Positions 21,005 through 31,853 of a DNA stretch of 64,000 nucleotides are shown piece by piece. Position 1 is the first letter of the stretch. Each line of letters starts with the position of its first letter. The stretch covers positions 16,373 through 80,372 of the forward strand of contig CACJRI010000004.1 in the NCBI GenBank assembly GCA_902595715.1, in the 5' to 3' direction. The notes under the pieces are model-generated. The model had not been told where the DNA came from. It did not search any database and worked only from the letters and a program-made list of their open reading frames with translations. This stretch comes from an uncultured SAR86 cluster bacterium (GTDB taxonomy: Bacteria; Pseudomonadota; Gammaproteobacteria; Magnimaribacterales; AG-339-G14). Made by a program: the position numbers and the translations under genes.

Positions 21005-22000
21005 TCAAAGTAAATCTTTTATATCGTTTTTCTCATCCAGAAGTTCTTGAGTAGTTAGATCAATTTTCTCCTGAGCATAATCGCTTATTGGTAAATCTTT
21101 GACGATTGAAACTTTTCCATTGGTATCTACCTTCAGGGGAAAGCCAAAGATTAAACCTTCTGGAACATTATAACTTCCATCGCTTAAGACTGCCGCACTA
21201 AACCAATCATCTTCAGGAGTTTCTTTAATTGTTGCCTTTACCGTATCAATGGCAGCATTAGCCGCTGAGGTTGCAGATGAAGCTCCTCTTGCATCGATAA
21301 TAGCCTTTCCACGTTGTTGAACGATTCTGAGAAAATCACTCTCAATCCAGTTTTGATCATTGATCCAGCCGCTAGCCGATTCGCCTTTGATTTCTGCATT
21401 GTCTAGATCAGGATACATGGTTGGACTGTGGTTTCCCCATATAGTCATTTTTTTGATATCGGAGATATCTAAATTGCATTTGTTTGCAACTTGAGCTTTA
21501 GCTCTGTTGGCATCTAAGGCAGTCATTGCCATCCATGTTTGAGACTCATTGTTACCATGCGTGCAGCCAATTAAAGCATTAGTGTTTGCCGGGTTCCCAA
21601 CAACAAGTATTTTTGCATCTGCCTTGGCATTTTCTCCAAGGGCTTTTCCTTGTTCAGTAAAGATGCCACCATTTATTTTTAATAAGTCTGCACGTTCTTC
21701 AATTTTTTTCCCATTGATAGTGATACCTCTCGGAATGCTACCTACCAAGAGAGCCCAATCTATATCACCTGAAGCTTCATTCATATCAGAAAAGTTTTTT
21801 ACAGTCCCTAAGGTGTTAAAACCACAATCTTCTAATTCCATGCGAGAACCCTCAAGCCTGGATACAACTTGAGGTACTTCAACGAGGTTCAAATTAACCT
21901 TAACATCCTGCCCGAAAGTTTCACCACTAGCCAATCTAGTCAGCAAGGCATAACCTATTTGACCGGCAGCTCCAGTTACTAAAACATTTACTTCTTTCAT
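21005..22000 (-). CDS. mdh: Malate dehydrogenase (MDH type 2)
   Basis: VTGAAGQIGY, LVVGNPANTNA, IWGNHS.TMYPD, RG.AII.ARG.SSA.SAA. Confidence 0.95.
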   Translation of the reverse strand: MKEVNVLVTGAAGQIGYALLTRLASGETFGQDVKVNLNLVEVPQVVSRLEGSRMELEDCGFNTLGTVKNFSDMNEASGDIDWALLVGSIPRGITINGKKIEERADLLKINGGIFTEQGKALGENAKADAKILVVGNPANTNALIGCTHGNNESQTWMAMTALDANRAKAQVANKCNLDISDIKKMTIWGNHSPTMYPDLDNAEIKGESASGWINDQNWIESDFLRIVQQRGKAIIDARGASSATSAANAAIDTVKATIKETPEDDWFSAAVLSDGSYNVPEGLIFGFPLKVDTNGKVSIVKDLPISDYAQEKIDLTTQELLDEKNDIKDLL

Positions 22001-22010
22001 GTATCTTTCC

Positions 22011-23552
22011 TTAAATTAAGTTAAAAATATTCTTTCCTTGTTTTTGAGAAACGGATACTTTGGCATCCAACATCTCATTTTTAATCATGCTATTCAGAAG
22101 AACTTCATCTTTTTCGCTATTCGCAATAAATCTAGTTCCATCTTCAAGAGATCCAATTATTAATCCAAATTCTAAACCTTTTCTTCCATTTATGACGGTA
22201 TAAGTATCTATCTTTCCATTACCTGAAGGCGTTTCCGTGAAATTTTGAATAGCTTTTGAGTTGATATCCTTTTGAACAGAACTGTTATTTATTTTTTCAA
22301 AGGGTTTGGCCGGGATTGTCGACATGACAAGAGTTGCGTGTTTGGTGATAAACCATGAATTTGCAGTAAGCAATCCATAAGTCTGAGGTTTTTTTCTCAG
22401 TTGTCTCACCATTTCCGTAGTTGAAAACATCGTGTAAGAATTTCCAGGGCCTCCAAAGTAGGGCAATCCTCCCGTAACCGTTAAATCTTTTTTTTCTTCC
22501 GGAATACCCAATTCCTTTTTTGCAATTTGTACTGCTGAAGGGAAACAAGAATACAAATCAAAGTGTTTTATATCGGATAAAGAAATTTCAGCTTGATCCA
22601 AAGATTGATTTACACAAGTCTTAATTGCAGGAGAAGAATGAAAATCAGGTCTTTCAGTAACATTCCAAATATCATTGAGAATAGAGCAGCCATGCACATA
22701 CACTCTTTTATTTTCTGCAACGTTTAGTTCGTCGGCTTTACCTTGTGACATTAGGATAAAAGCAGAAGCCATATTTACTCGTATGACTGAATTTAAATAT
22801 TTTGTATAAGGAAAACCTACCATTCGATTGTTTGTCGTTTCTTCTGCAATCTCTGTTGCGCTACGATAGGAAGGAAACCAAGAATAAGGATTTTTGGATG
22901 CAATTTTGCTGAATTCGCTGAATAAGGCGCTACATTCATCAAGATGGGTAGCAGCTGTTTTCTTCTCTACTTTTCTCAATGCTTGAGCAAAAAGAGGGTA
23001 TACGTTGGTTGGCAAGTCCATTCCATGTAACTTTTCATGATCTGAAAAACCAATATCATTATTACCTATCATCTCTGGCGAACCTCCTGGCTCATCTAGC
23101 CAATCCAATGACATGCCAGCTTTTAACTTAGCTATCATTGTTTGAAGAGCTTCACCACCACTAAGCAAAGCGCAATCTGTTTCTCCAGAGGAAATTTTAA
23201 CTAGAGCATCCTCCAACAATACTTGAGGGCTATTACCGCCCATCGGCGCATATACTTCATTTTTCGCTGAGACATTTAGTTTATTGGCAAGAGTTCTTGG
23301 AAAATTTGAATATTGAAAGTTTGATTGGTTGGTTGCGGTAAGAAAATCTACGGTAAATCTAACTACACCCACATAGTCAATGTGCTTATTCAATTCTTTG
23401 ATGCCAGAGTCTTGAATTGCATGTTCACAGGCTTTTGCAAGAAGTTCTTGAGGGTTTAGCCCATCTTCCTTGGATCTATCAACTAAGTCACCGACGCCAA
23501 CGATGACAGGAGCTCTTTTATCAATTTTTTTATTTTGCTTACGTTCTGACAA
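22011..23552 (-). CDS. Thiolase-like protein (acetyl-CoA acetyltransferase family) with a C-terminal extra domain
   Basis: PVIVGVG, GGNSPQ, NRMVGFPYTK, DLYSCFPSAVQ, TVTGGLPYFGGPGN; TTG start. Confidence 0.8.
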   Translation of the reverse strand: MSERKQNKKIDKRAPVIVGVGDLVDRSKEDGLNPQELLAKACEHAIQDSGIKELNKHIDYVGVVRFTVDFLTATNQSNFQYSNFPRTLANKLNVSAKNEVYAPMGGNSPQVLLEDALVKISSGETDCALLSGGEALQTMIAKLKAGMSLDWLDEPGGSPEMIGNNDIGFSDHEKLHGMDLPTNVYPLFAQALRKVEKKTAATHLDECSALFSEFSKIASKNPYSWFPSYRSATEIAEETTNNRMVGFPYTKYLNSVIRVNMASAFILMSQGKADELNVAENKRVYVHGCSILNDIWNVTERPDFHSSPAIKTCVNQSLDQAEISLSDIKHFDLYSCFPSAVQIAKKELGIPEEKKDLTVTGGLPYFGGPGNSYTMFSTTEMVRQLRKKPQTYGLLTANSWFITKHATLVMSTIPAKPFEKINNSSVQKDINSKAIQNFTETPSGNGKIDTYTVINGRKGLEFGLIIGSLEDGTRFIANSEKDEVLLNSMIKNEMLDAKVSVSQKQGKNIFNLI

Positions 23553-23610
23553 GATGTAATATTACCGACTTGAATTAATCAAACGCATATTAAATAACAA
23601 GGAGAACTAA

Positions 23611-24519
23611 ATGACTATTAATTTTGACGGAAAAGTTGCCATTGTAACTGGAGCTGGTGGTGGATTAGGAAGATGTCATGCTTTAGATTTAGCAAAGAGA
23701 GGGGCTAAGGTTGTTGTAAATGATCTTGGTGGAAACGTAGATGGTTCCGATGATGGTTCTTTATCGGCAGCAGAAAAAGTTGTTGAAGAAATTAAAGCAG
23801 CAGGCGGTGAAGCAATGGCGAATGGAGCAAGTGTCACTGATGTTGCTCAAGTCGAGGAAATGGTTAAACAAACTATGGATGCCTACGGCAGAATAGATAT
23901 CTTAATTAACAACGCCGGAATCCTAAGAGATAAATCTTTTTCAAAAGTTACTGATGAAGACTTTCGTATGGTCTTAGAAGTTCATTTAATGGGAACAGTG
24001 AACTGTACAAAGGCAGTTTGGGAAATTATGAAAGAACAGAATTACGGCAGAATTGTTGTGACTTCATCATCCAGTGGTTTATATGGAAATTTTGGTCAAA
24101 CAAATTATGGTGCAGCAAAAATGGGAGTGGTTGGCTTAATTAATACCCTTAAACTAGAAGGCGCTAAGTACAACATTAAATGTAATGCTCTTGCTCCTGT
24201 AGCCGGAACTCGAATGACTGAAGATTTGATGCCTGGAGAAGTTTTAGATCAGATTCAACCTGATCATGTAACTCCAGCCGTAACCTATATGGTTTCTGAA
24301 GATGCACCTACAGGAGTCATCATGTCAGCAGGCGCTGGAGTTTTTGCAAGAGTTTTTGTTCACGAAACTATGGGTGTCAACTTAGGCACTGGTGAAGACA
24401 TGACCGCAGAAAACATTGCAGAGAAATGGGATGAAATCTCTGATATGAAAGACGCAAGACCTTGTTATCAGGGCGGTGAACAATCACAAAAAATCTTTGA
24501 ATTGATAATGAAAGGCTAA
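23611..24519 (+). CDS. SDR oxidoreductase, peroxisomal MFE-2/HSD17B4-like hydroxyacyl-CoA dehydrogenase
   Basis: TGAGGGLG, GAKVVVNDLGG, NNAGILRDKSF, GNFGQTNYGAAK. Confidence 0.88.
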   Translation: MTINFDGKVAIVTGAGGGLGRCHALDLAKRGAKVVVNDLGGNVDGSDDGSLSAAEKVVEEIKAAGGEAMANGASVTDVAQVEEMVKQTMDAYGRIDILINNAGILRDKSFSKVTDEDFRMVLEVHLMGTVNCTKAVWEIMKEQNYGRIVVTSSSSGLYGNFGQTNYGAAKMGVVGLINTLKLEGAKYNIKCNALAPVAGTRMTEDLMPGEVLDQIQPDHVTPAVTYMVSEDAPTGVIMSAGAGVFARVFVHETMGVNLGTGEDMTAENIAEKWDEISDMKDARPCYQGGEQSQKIFELIMKG

Positions 24520-25430
24520 GGCTCACCAGCCCTTTCATAGTCAACTTCAACTTTATAAATCTCTCCAGTTTTGTTTTCTTTGCAAAACTGGGGATTAGAA
24601 GATTCGGCAGTCAAGATATAAAGTTCTTTTTCCTCTTTGCCACCTAACATACATGCATAAGCAGGCTGAGGAGTTGCAATTCGATCGGTAATTTTTCCTC
24701 CTTTCTTATATCTAATTACCTCTGCAGTAGTCGGAGAAGCAACCCAAATTCCATTATCTGAATCCAAGCATATGCCATCCGGCACAGGAAAAGGGGTACT
24801 GTTTGATTCTTTTAGAGGAATATTCAGAAACCTAATAATGCTTGTGATTATTTTAAAGTGAAAGGGCATGACTCTTGCCCAAATGGTTCTATGAGACAAT
24901 TCACCAGATTCATTAATTTGAAAGGAAGTTAAATTTCCTCCAAACGTCTCTCCAACAATTAATTCTTTGCCATCTGGTGAAATGACCGTTCCATTTGGAA
25001 AGAGTAGGCCATCAGCACATATTTTTGTCTCTCCCTCTTGTGTCACAGAGATCAAGCAAGTTTTATGAATCTTACTTTCAACATTGTCTGCTCCGAAGTT
25101 CCCTACATAAGCAGTTCCATCTTTGGCAATGACCATATCATTACATTGGTAAGGAGTAAGATGTGACATATCGGCATGAACCGAAAGCTCTCCATCTTTC
25201 AGTTTCATGAGTTTTCGATCTAGCATAGAAACAATAATCAAACTCCCATCCGTTAACCATCCAAGTCCAGAAGGTTGTTCTGGTATTTCAGCGACAGTAG
25301 ATAAGTTTCCATCAGCATCAAGATTGTAGACTTTATAACCATGCATATCGGAAAACCATAATTTATTTTCATACCATCTTGGGCCTTCTAAAAAATGAAA
25401 ACCGTCTGCAACTTTTATTAAATTATCCAT
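24516..25430 (-). CDS. SMP-30/gluconolactonase/LRE family lactonase
   Basis: FLEGPRW, PSGLGW, CNDMV, FPNG.VI.PDG, PDGICLD. Confidence 0.9.
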   Translation of the reverse strand: MDNLIKVADGFHFLEGPRWYENKLWFSDMHGYKVYNLDADGNLSTVAEIPEQPSGLGWLTDGSLIIVSMLDRKLMKLKDGELSVHADMSHLTPYQCNDMVIAKDGTAYVGNFGADNVESKIHKTCLISVTQEGETKICADGLLFPNGTVISPDGKELIVGETFGGNLTSFQINESGELSHRTIWARVMPFHFKIITSIIRFLNIPLKESNSTPFPVPDGICLDSDNGIWVASPTTAEVIRYKKGGKITDRIATPQPAYACMLGGKEEKELYILTAESSNPQFCKENKTGEIYKVEVDYERAGEP

Positions 25431-26181
25431 TTCTTTTTTCTTTTATTACTTTCATCAATTTTTTAGGATTATCAGTGATTATTGCATCTACGCCAAGCTC
25501 TATTAGATCTCTCATATATTTCTTATTGTTTATAGTCCATGTGATGCAGTACTTACCCTCCTCCTTGAATCTTTTAATCAAATTCATACTTTTTTTTGAA
25601 TCAATATGCTGACTGATACCAAACGATTTACTTTTTTCTAAAAAAGAGCTTATCTTTTTATAATCGTAATCAAAAAAAGCAGGGATGATGCTCAGCGTTG
25701 CAGGGATATCAAATCTCTTGATTAAACTTTTCACAACGTTTGGGTAAAAACCCAAAAAATGAGTATTCATTTTTGAAATAACATCGGTTTCAACCATCTC
25801 ATCCAATTCATTAAAACTAATTTTGCTTGGCTTTATTTCAACAAAAATTTTTGATTTTTCCGGTTTACAATCAAACGCTTCTTTTAGTAAAGGTATACAT
25901 GTGTTTGCAAACTTTTTTGAACGAGAGCTTCCTACGTCTATAGTTTTTAAAGTATCAAGAGTTTCTTTTGAGATTGTATATTCGCTCTCACTGACTCTTG
26001 CAAGACTATCGTCATGAATACAAATCAATCGTCTATCTTTTGTTTCTCTGACATCAAGCTCTACGGCATCAACTCCATGTTCCCAGGCTTTGACATATGC
26101 TGGAAGAGTATTTTCGGGAGCTTCCATCGAAGCTCCGCGGTGCGCAACTATTAAAGGATAATTCTTTTTTTTTAGTCCCAA
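25423..26181 (-). CDS. Glycerophosphodiester phosphodiesterase
   Basis: AHRGAS..APENTL, ELDVR.TKD...[19 protein letters not shown]. Confidence 0.92.
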   Translation of the reverse strand: MGLKKKNYPLIVAHRGASMEAPENTLPAYVKAWEHGVDAVELDVRETKDRRLICIHDDSLARVSESEYTISKETLDTLKTIDVGSSRSKKFANTCIPLLKEAFDCKPEKSKIFVEIKPSKISFNELDEMVETDVISKMNTHFLGFYPNVVKSLIKRFDIPATLSIIPAFFDYDYKKISSFLEKSKSFGISQHIDSKKSMNLIKRFKEEGKYCITWTINNKKYMRDLIELGVDAIITDNPKKLMKVIKEKRNG

Positions 26182-27410
26182 CTCAAAGCGCCACCAGTCT
26201 GGTACTCAATGACGCGAGTTTCAAAGAAATTCTTTTCTTTACGCAAGTCCATGATCTCAGACATCCAAGGAAAAGGATTAGTTGCATTAGGAAATTCTTC
26301 TTCAAGTCCAATTTGGGTAAGTCTTCGGTTTGCAATGAATTTTAAATAATCAGACATACTCTCTGCATTCATCCCTAAAATACCACCTGGCATGGTGTCG
26401 TGAGCGTACTCAATTTCTAATTGCGTTCCTTGCAGAATCATATTCCTTGCTTCGGTTTGCATAGCTTCATCCCAGAGCTGAGGATTTTCAAGTTTAATCT
26501 GGTTGATCATATCTATTCCAAAATTAACATGCATAGATTCATCTCTTAGTATGTATTGGAATTGTTCCGCCGTTCCTGTCATTTTATTTCTGTTACCCAT
26601 GGATAATATCTGGGTAAAACCACAGTAAAAGAAAATTCCTTCCAATACGCAGTAAAAGGCGATTAGATTTCTCAATAAAGTTTTATCATCCTCTAAAGAT
26701 CCAGTTTTAAAATTTTGGTCAGAAAGAGATTCTGTAAATGGGAGAGCCCAAGCAGCTTTTCTTGCTACAGAAGGGATTTCTTTGTACATATTAAAGATTT
26801 CTCCTTCATCCATACCTAAAGATTCAATAACATACTGATAGGCATGAGTATGAATTGCTTCTTCCAAAGCTTGTCTCAATAAGTACTGTCTACATTCTGG
26901 ATTTGTGATGTGTCGGTATACGGACAGGACGATATTATTTGCCACCAATGAGTCAGCTGTGGAGAAAAATCCAAGATTTCTCATTACGATTCTCCTTTCG
27001 TCCTCGGTAAGCCCGTTTGGGTCTTTCCAGAGAGCTACATCAGCAGTCATATTTATTTCTTGTGGCATCCAATGATTGGCGCTGCCATCAAGATATTTCT
27101 GCCAGGCCCAATCGTACTTGAAGGGAACCAATTGATTTACATCTGCTCGGCAGTTGATCATTTGCTTTTGATCAACGTCGACTCTACTTGATGCACCTTC
27201 TAACTCTTCTAACCCTTTTTCAATATCAAGATTATCCAGAGCTTCGGATACATCATTAATTGAGCCTGTACTTATTGGCGGGTTTTTTGCTGGAGTTACA
27301 GCATCATCATTCACAACTGCAGTTTGTTGCATTGCGACTTGCGCTTTTGCTGGTTCAGCTACCGGCGTTTTTTGTGTTTCTTCTGAGTTAAAGTCATCCC
27401 AAGATAACAT
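26172..27410 (-). CDS. nrdB: Ribonucleotide reductase class Ia beta subunit
   Basis: [18 protein letters not shown] (radical Tyr), RDESMH, NFFETRV.EYQ. Confidence 0.97.
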   Translation of the reverse strand: MLSWDDFNSEETQKTPVAEPAKAQVAMQQTAVVNDDAVTPAKNPPISTGSINDVSEALDNLDIEKGLEELEGASSRVDVDQKQMINCRADVNQLVPFKYDWAWQKYLDGSANHWMPQEINMTADVALWKDPNGLTEDERRIVMRNLGFFSTADSLVANNIVLSVYRHITNPECRQYLLRQALEEAIHTHAYQYVIESLGMDEGEIFNMYKEIPSVARKAAWALPFTESLSDQNFKTGSLEDDKTLLRNLIAFYCVLEGIFFYCGFTQILSMGNRNKMTGTAEQFQYILRDESMHVNFGIDMINQIKLENPQLWDEAMQTEARNMILQGTQLEIEYAHDTMPGGILGMNAESMSDYLKFIANRRLTQIGLEEEFPNATNPFPWMSEIMDLRKEKNFFETRVIEYQTGGALSWD

Positions 27411-27428
27411 AGCTACCTCCTTATAAAA

Positions 27429-30245
27429 TTACTGACATGCCTCGCAGTCAGGATCGTCAATGGAACACGCTTCTGGCTGATCATAGGTTTTAGGTTCAGT
27501 CTTGACGGCATTGAGCTCCATATTGGTTATTGTTGATTTTTCTGTTGTTGTGGCACTTCTTGATCTTAGATAGTAAGTCGTTTTCAAACCTCTCAACCAT
27601 GCCATTCGATACATAACATCGAGTTTCTTTCCGTTAGGCTCTGAAACATAGAGATTCAACGACTGGCTTTGATCTATCCATTTTTGTCTTCTGCTTGCTG
27701 CTTCAATTAACCACTTAGGCTCTACCTCAAAAGATGTAGCGAACAGCTTCTTAATGTCTTCTGGTACTCTGGCTATACTTTCTAAGCTTCCGTTGAGGTT
27801 CTTAAGATCATAAACCATAACCTCATCCCACATATCTATTTCTTTAAGCGCATCAACTAGATGCATGTTTATGACAGTAAACTCTCCAGAGAGATTTGAT
27901 TTCACAAACAGGTTTGAATAGGTAGGCTCGATGGATTGAGTTAAGCCTGTGATATTGGCAATCGTTGCTGTTGGTGCTATTGCCATGGTGTTTGAGTTTC
28001 TCATCCCTTGAGTTTTTACTTTTTCTCTAAGAGCGTCCCAATCAAGACGAGTTGTCTTATCAACTTCGATGTAGTCTTTTCCTCTTTGTTTTTCAAGAAT
28101 TTCAATTGAGTCAAGTGGCAATATTCCTTGACTCCAAAGAGAACCCTCATATGAAGAGTAAGAACCCCTTTCTTTAGCTAAATCAGAAGATGCGTTTATT
28201 GCCATATAGCTCACTAATTCCATTGACTCATCGGCAAAATCAACTGCTGCTTCCGACGCGTAAGGTATTTTCTTAATGTAAAGCGCATCTTGGAAACCCA
28301 TGATTCCCATGCCTATAGGTCTATGCTTAAAGTTAGAGTTTTCTGCCTGAGGCACTGCGTAATAATTTATATCTATTACGTTATCAAGCATTCTTATTGC
28401 AGTGGTTACGTTCTTTTTCAGTTTCTCTTTGTCTAGGTTTCCTTCCGCATCAAGGTGATTAGGAATGTTAATTGAACCTAAGTTACAAACTGCAATTTCA
28501 TCATTTGAAGTATTAAGGGTAATTTCTGTACATAAGTTTGATGAATGAATTACCCCTGTATGTTGTTGCGGAGATCTGAGGTTACAAGCGTCTTTAAAGG
28601 TTATCCAAGGATGACCGGTTTCAAAAAGCATGGACAATATTTTTCGCCATAATTCTTCCGCTTCCACTTCTTTATATGCTTTAAGTTTTCCTTCCTGGGC
28701 AAGCTTTTCATATTCCTCATACTTTTCTCTGAAGGCTTCCCCAGAAAGATCATGCAATTCAGGTGTCTCATTTGGAGTGAAGAGGGTCCACTTTTTCCCT
28801 TCAAACACTCTTTCCATGAATAGGTCTGGAACCCAATTGGCTGTATTCATATCATGTGTTCTTCTTCTATCGTCTCCGGTATTTTTTCTCAGCTCAACAA
28901 ATTCTTCGATATCCAGATGCCAAGTTTCTAGATATGCACAAACAGCTCCCTTTCTTTTTCCACCTTGATTTACAGCAACTGCTGTATCGTTTACTACTTT
29001 TAAGAATGGAACCACCCCTTGAGATTTCCCATTTGTGCCTTTTATATGGGCTCCCATTCCTCTTACAGGCGTCCAGTCGTTACCTAGACCGCCTGCCCAT
29101 TTTGAAAGCATGGCGTTATCTTGAAGCGCACCATAAATTCCATGCAAGTCATCGGGGACAGTAGTCAAATAACATGAGGACAATTGAGAATGCATAGTTC
29201 CTGCATTGAATAGGGTAGGCGTTGAACTCATATAATCAAATGAAGACAGCAACTCGTAGAATTCTAAGGCTCGTTGTTCTCTGTTTTCCTCGTTAAGGGC
29301 CAAGCCCATTGCCACTCTCATAAAGAATACTTGCGGGAGTTCAAATCTTATTTCATTTGAGTGAATGAAATACCTGTCGTAAAGAGTTTGAATGCCCAAG
29401 TAGGAAAAAAGTAAGTCATTGTCTGGAATCATCGCTTTACCGAGTAAATCCAAGTCATAGTTTGCTAGCTCTGGGTTAAGAAGTTCTAACTCTATTCCTT
29501 TTTTTACAAATGCATTTAAAGCCTCAGGGTAGAGAGCTAACATTTCCTGATGAGTTGCATTCTCTGTTATCTCTAGGAAAGAAAGAGCCTCTGACCTTAG
29601 ACTGTCCAATAGAATTCGTGCTGTTGCAAAAGTATAGTTTGGCTCCACTTCAACTAGTGAACGCGCGGAGAGCACTAATGCCTCCTTTACTTCATGTTCT
29701 GGCGCTCCTTCATAAAGGTTTTTGTTTGCTTCTAAAATTATTTTTTCACTGTCAGTTCCCTCTAAGCCGTTGCAAGCTTCTTTTGCTATAACTTCAATTC
29801 TTTCAGAAGTTTCAAGCTCCTCCTTTTCTGGACGATCGTGAATATGAGTTTCTATTGCTCTTTGATTTGCTCTTTCGGCACGGTATAAAACATATTCTCT
29901 TGCAACCTTGTGTTCTTCTGAGCGCATCAAAGCCAGTTCTACCTGATCTTGAATTTCTTCTATATGTATAGTTCCGCCGGATGGCATTCTCTTTCTAAAG
30001 ATATCTTCAACTTGGCTACTTAAAGCTGATACTCTGCTATGAACGCTTGAAGATGCTGCTGCAGCACTAGTATGTACTGCCAGAAAAGCCTTTGTAATGG
30101 CAATTTCTATTTTAGAACCATCAAAATCAACTACGGATCCATTTCTCTTTATAATTCTTAGTTGACCTGGCGAAACCATAGCTTTTTTTGGTTCCGATTG
30201 AACTGATTCTTGCTTCTTCTCTTCTATTGTTCCTGTTGTTTCCAA
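27429..30245 (-). CDS. nrdA: Ribonucleotide reductase class Ia alpha subunit with N-terminal ATP cone
   Basis: IIKRNG ATP cone, STPTLFN.G, SSCYL, SNLCTEI, AIAPTATI, KTTYYLR, C-terminal C...CEACQ; TTG start. Confidence 0.97.
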   Translation of the reverse strand: METTGTIEEKKQESVQSEPKKAMVSPGQLRIIKRNGSVVDFDGSKIEIAITKAFLAVHTSAAAASSSVHSRVSALSSQVEDIFRKRMPSGGTIHIEEIQDQVELALMRSEEHKVAREYVLYRAERANQRAIETHIHDRPEKEELETSERIEVIAKEACNGLEGTDSEKIILEANKNLYEGAPEHEVKEALVLSARSLVEVEPNYTFATARILLDSLRSEALSFLEITENATHQEMLALYPEALNAFVKKGIELELLNPELANYDLDLLGKAMIPDNDLLFSYLGIQTLYDRYFIHSNEIRFELPQVFFMRVAMGLALNEENREQRALEFYELLSSFDYMSSTPTLFNAGTMHSQLSSCYLTTVPDDLHGIYGALQDNAMLSKWAGGLGNDWTPVRGMGAHIKGTNGKSQGVVPFLKVVNDTAVAVNQGGKRKGAVCAYLETWHLDIEEFVELRKNTGDDRRRTHDMNTANWVPDLFMERVFEGKKWTLFTPNETPELHDLSGEAFREKYEEYEKLAQEGKLKAYKEVEAEELWRKILSMLFETGHPWITFKDACNLRSPQQHTGVIHSSNLCTEITLNTSNDEIAVCNLGSINIPNHLDAEGNLDKEKLKKNVTTAIRMLDNVIDINYYAVPQAENSNFKHRPIGMGIMGFQDALYIKKIPYASEAAVDFADESMELVSYMAINASSDLAKERGSYSSYEGSLWSQGILPLDSIEILEKQRGKDYIEVDKTTRLDWDALREKVKTQGMRNSNTMAIAPTATIANITGLTQSIEPTYSNLFVKSNLSGEFTVINMHLVDALKEIDMWDEVMVYDLKNLNGSLESIARVPEDIKKLFATSFEVEPKWLIEAASRRQKWIDQSQSLNLYVSEPNGKKLDVMYRMAWLRGLKTTYYLRSRSATTTEKSTITNMELNAVKTEPKTYDQPEACSIDDPDCEACQ

Positions 30246-30287
30246 AACAATTCCTTCTTAAAAAATTAACTAAAATGGGTATAAAAA

Positions 30288-30334
30288 ACACAACATATTG
30301 TGTTTTCATAACAATGAAGTACAAGATAAAGGGT
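30288..30334. promoter_or_regulatory. Tandem NrdR boxes upstream of nrdA
   Basis: ACACAACATATTGTGT (30288-30303) and GTACAAGATAAAGGGT (30319-30334) match acaCwAtATaTwGtgt and start 31 bp apart. Confidence 0.8.
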
Positions 30335-30383
30335 TTTTAACAAAAAAGCAATACAACAATTTATGAAAATTTAGTGGATAGGC

Positions 30384-30392
30384 TGTGTATAA
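30384..30392 (-). promoter_or_regulatory. DnaA box in the nrdA/glpK divergent promoter
   Basis: TGTGTATAA reads TTATACACA on the minus strand; a 2-mismatch copy lies at 30373-30381. Confidence 0.55.
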
Positions 30393-30410
30393 GTGTATAT
30401 AAATGTGTTC

Positions 30411-31853
30411 ATGTCTAAGTATTACATCTCAATAGATCAGGGCACTACGAGTTCGAGGGCAGTATTATACGACAGCTCCTTTAACCAAATAACTCAAGAA
30501 CAACAAGAATTTAAACAACACTATCCCGCAGAAGGATTAGTTGAGCACGACCCTGAAGAGATTTGGACTTCAGTGCTTAATACAGTGAATTCCTTGATGA
30601 GCAAGAAAGGCGTCAAAAGCTCAGATGTTATCTCCATTGGCATAACCAACCAAAGGGAAACGGTAATGCTTTGGGACAAAGATGGCAAAGTTTTGGATAA
30701 AGCCATTGTATGGCAAGATCGCAGAACAACAGAATTTTGTGAAGAACTCAAATCCAAAGACATTGAGTCAGAAGTAACAAAAAAAACCGGTCTTTTACTC
30801 GATCCTTACTTTTCTGCAACCAAAGCTCGTTGGTTATTAAAACAACATAAAATTGATCCAAAGAAATATTTTTTTGGTACTATTGATACTTTTCTTGTTT
30901 GGAAGTTAACAGAAGGAAAAAGCTTCAAAACAGATGTAACTAACGCATCAAGGACATTATTATTAAATATTGATTCTGTCGAGTGGGATACAAACTTGAT
31001 AGACATATTTGAGTTAGGTGGCTTAAATTTACCCGAAGTAACAAAGAACACTGCAGATTTTGGCTCAACTAAGCTTTTTGGCGGAGAAATAAAAATTTCT
31101 GGCATTGCAGGAGACCAACAAGCATCTCTAATAGGACAAGGTTGTTTTGCTAAAGGACAGTTAAAAAGTACCTACGGCACAGGATGTTTTTTAATGGCAA
31201 ACACAGGCAAAAAAAGACAGAACTCCTCAAATAAGCTTCTTTCAACTATAGCCTACCAAGTGGACGATTTATGCTATGCCTTAGAAGGAAGTATTTTTAT
31301 GGCTGGAGCTAATTTTCAATGGCTTCGAGACAAAATGAATTTTTTCGAAGACGTCAGCGAATCTGAAGAACTGGCTAAAAGAGCAGATCCCAACACCAAA
31401 GTTTTTCTCATTCCTGCTTTTGTGGGTTTAGGAGCTCCGCATTGGGTTCCTGATGCCAGAGGAGCTATTTTTGGACTTACAAGAGACTCCGGAAGAGAAG
31501 AATTGAGTTTAGCTACCCATGAAGCAGTCGCTTTTCAAACCAAAGAGATCATATCTTCTTTAAAAAACGATGGCGTAAAAGTGGATAGTGTAAGAATTGA
31601 TGGTGGTTTAACGAGAAATGCTTTTTTTAATCAGATTTTATCCAGCGTCATTGAATTGGAAGTTTTGTGTTCAAAAACGGTTGAATCTACTGCTTTAGGG
31701 GCCGCTTATCTTGCTGGTATTGGAGCTGGAGAAGTGTCTTTGCAAGATGTTGCCAAGAATTGGTCTCCCAAGGCAGAGTATAATCCGGATTCTGACTATG
31801 ATTTAGAACGGTACGATACCTGGAAAGAATTTTTAAACAGATTAATCAGCTAA
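30411..31853 (+). CDS. glpK: Glycerol kinase
   Basis: SIDQGTTSSRA, GITNQRET, WQDRRT, DPYFSATK, TD.TNASRT, GDQQA; likely start is ATG 30411. Confidence 0.96.
   Translation: MSKYYISIDQGTTSSRAVLYDSSFNQITQEQQEFKQHYPAEGLVEHDPEEIWTSVLNTVNSLMSKKGVKSSDVISIGITNQRETVMLWDKDGKVLDKAIVWQDRRTTEFCEELKSKDIESEVTKKTGLLLDPYFSATKARWLLKQHKIDPKKYFFGTIDTFLVWKLTEGKSFKTDVTNASRTLLLNIDSVEWDTNLIDIFELGGLNLPEVTKNTADFGSTKLFGGEIKISGIAGDQQASLIGQGCFAKGQLKSTYGTGCFLMANTGKKRQNSSNKLLSTIAYQVDDLCYALEGSIFMAGANFQWLRDKMNFFEDVSESEELAKRADPNTKVFLIPAFVGLGAPHWVPDARGAIFGLTRDSGREELSLATHEAVAFQTKEIISSLKNDGVKVDSVRIDGGLTRNAFFNQILSSVIELEVLCSKTVESTALGAAYLAGIGAGEVSLQDVAKNWSPKAEYNPDSDYDLERYDTWKEFLNRLIS

Noticed and set aside
26172-27410. Class Ic (Mn/Fe) ribonucleotide reductase
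   Set aside because: It keeps the Asp ligand (STADS) and the radical Tyr (HTHAY), consistent with class Ia.
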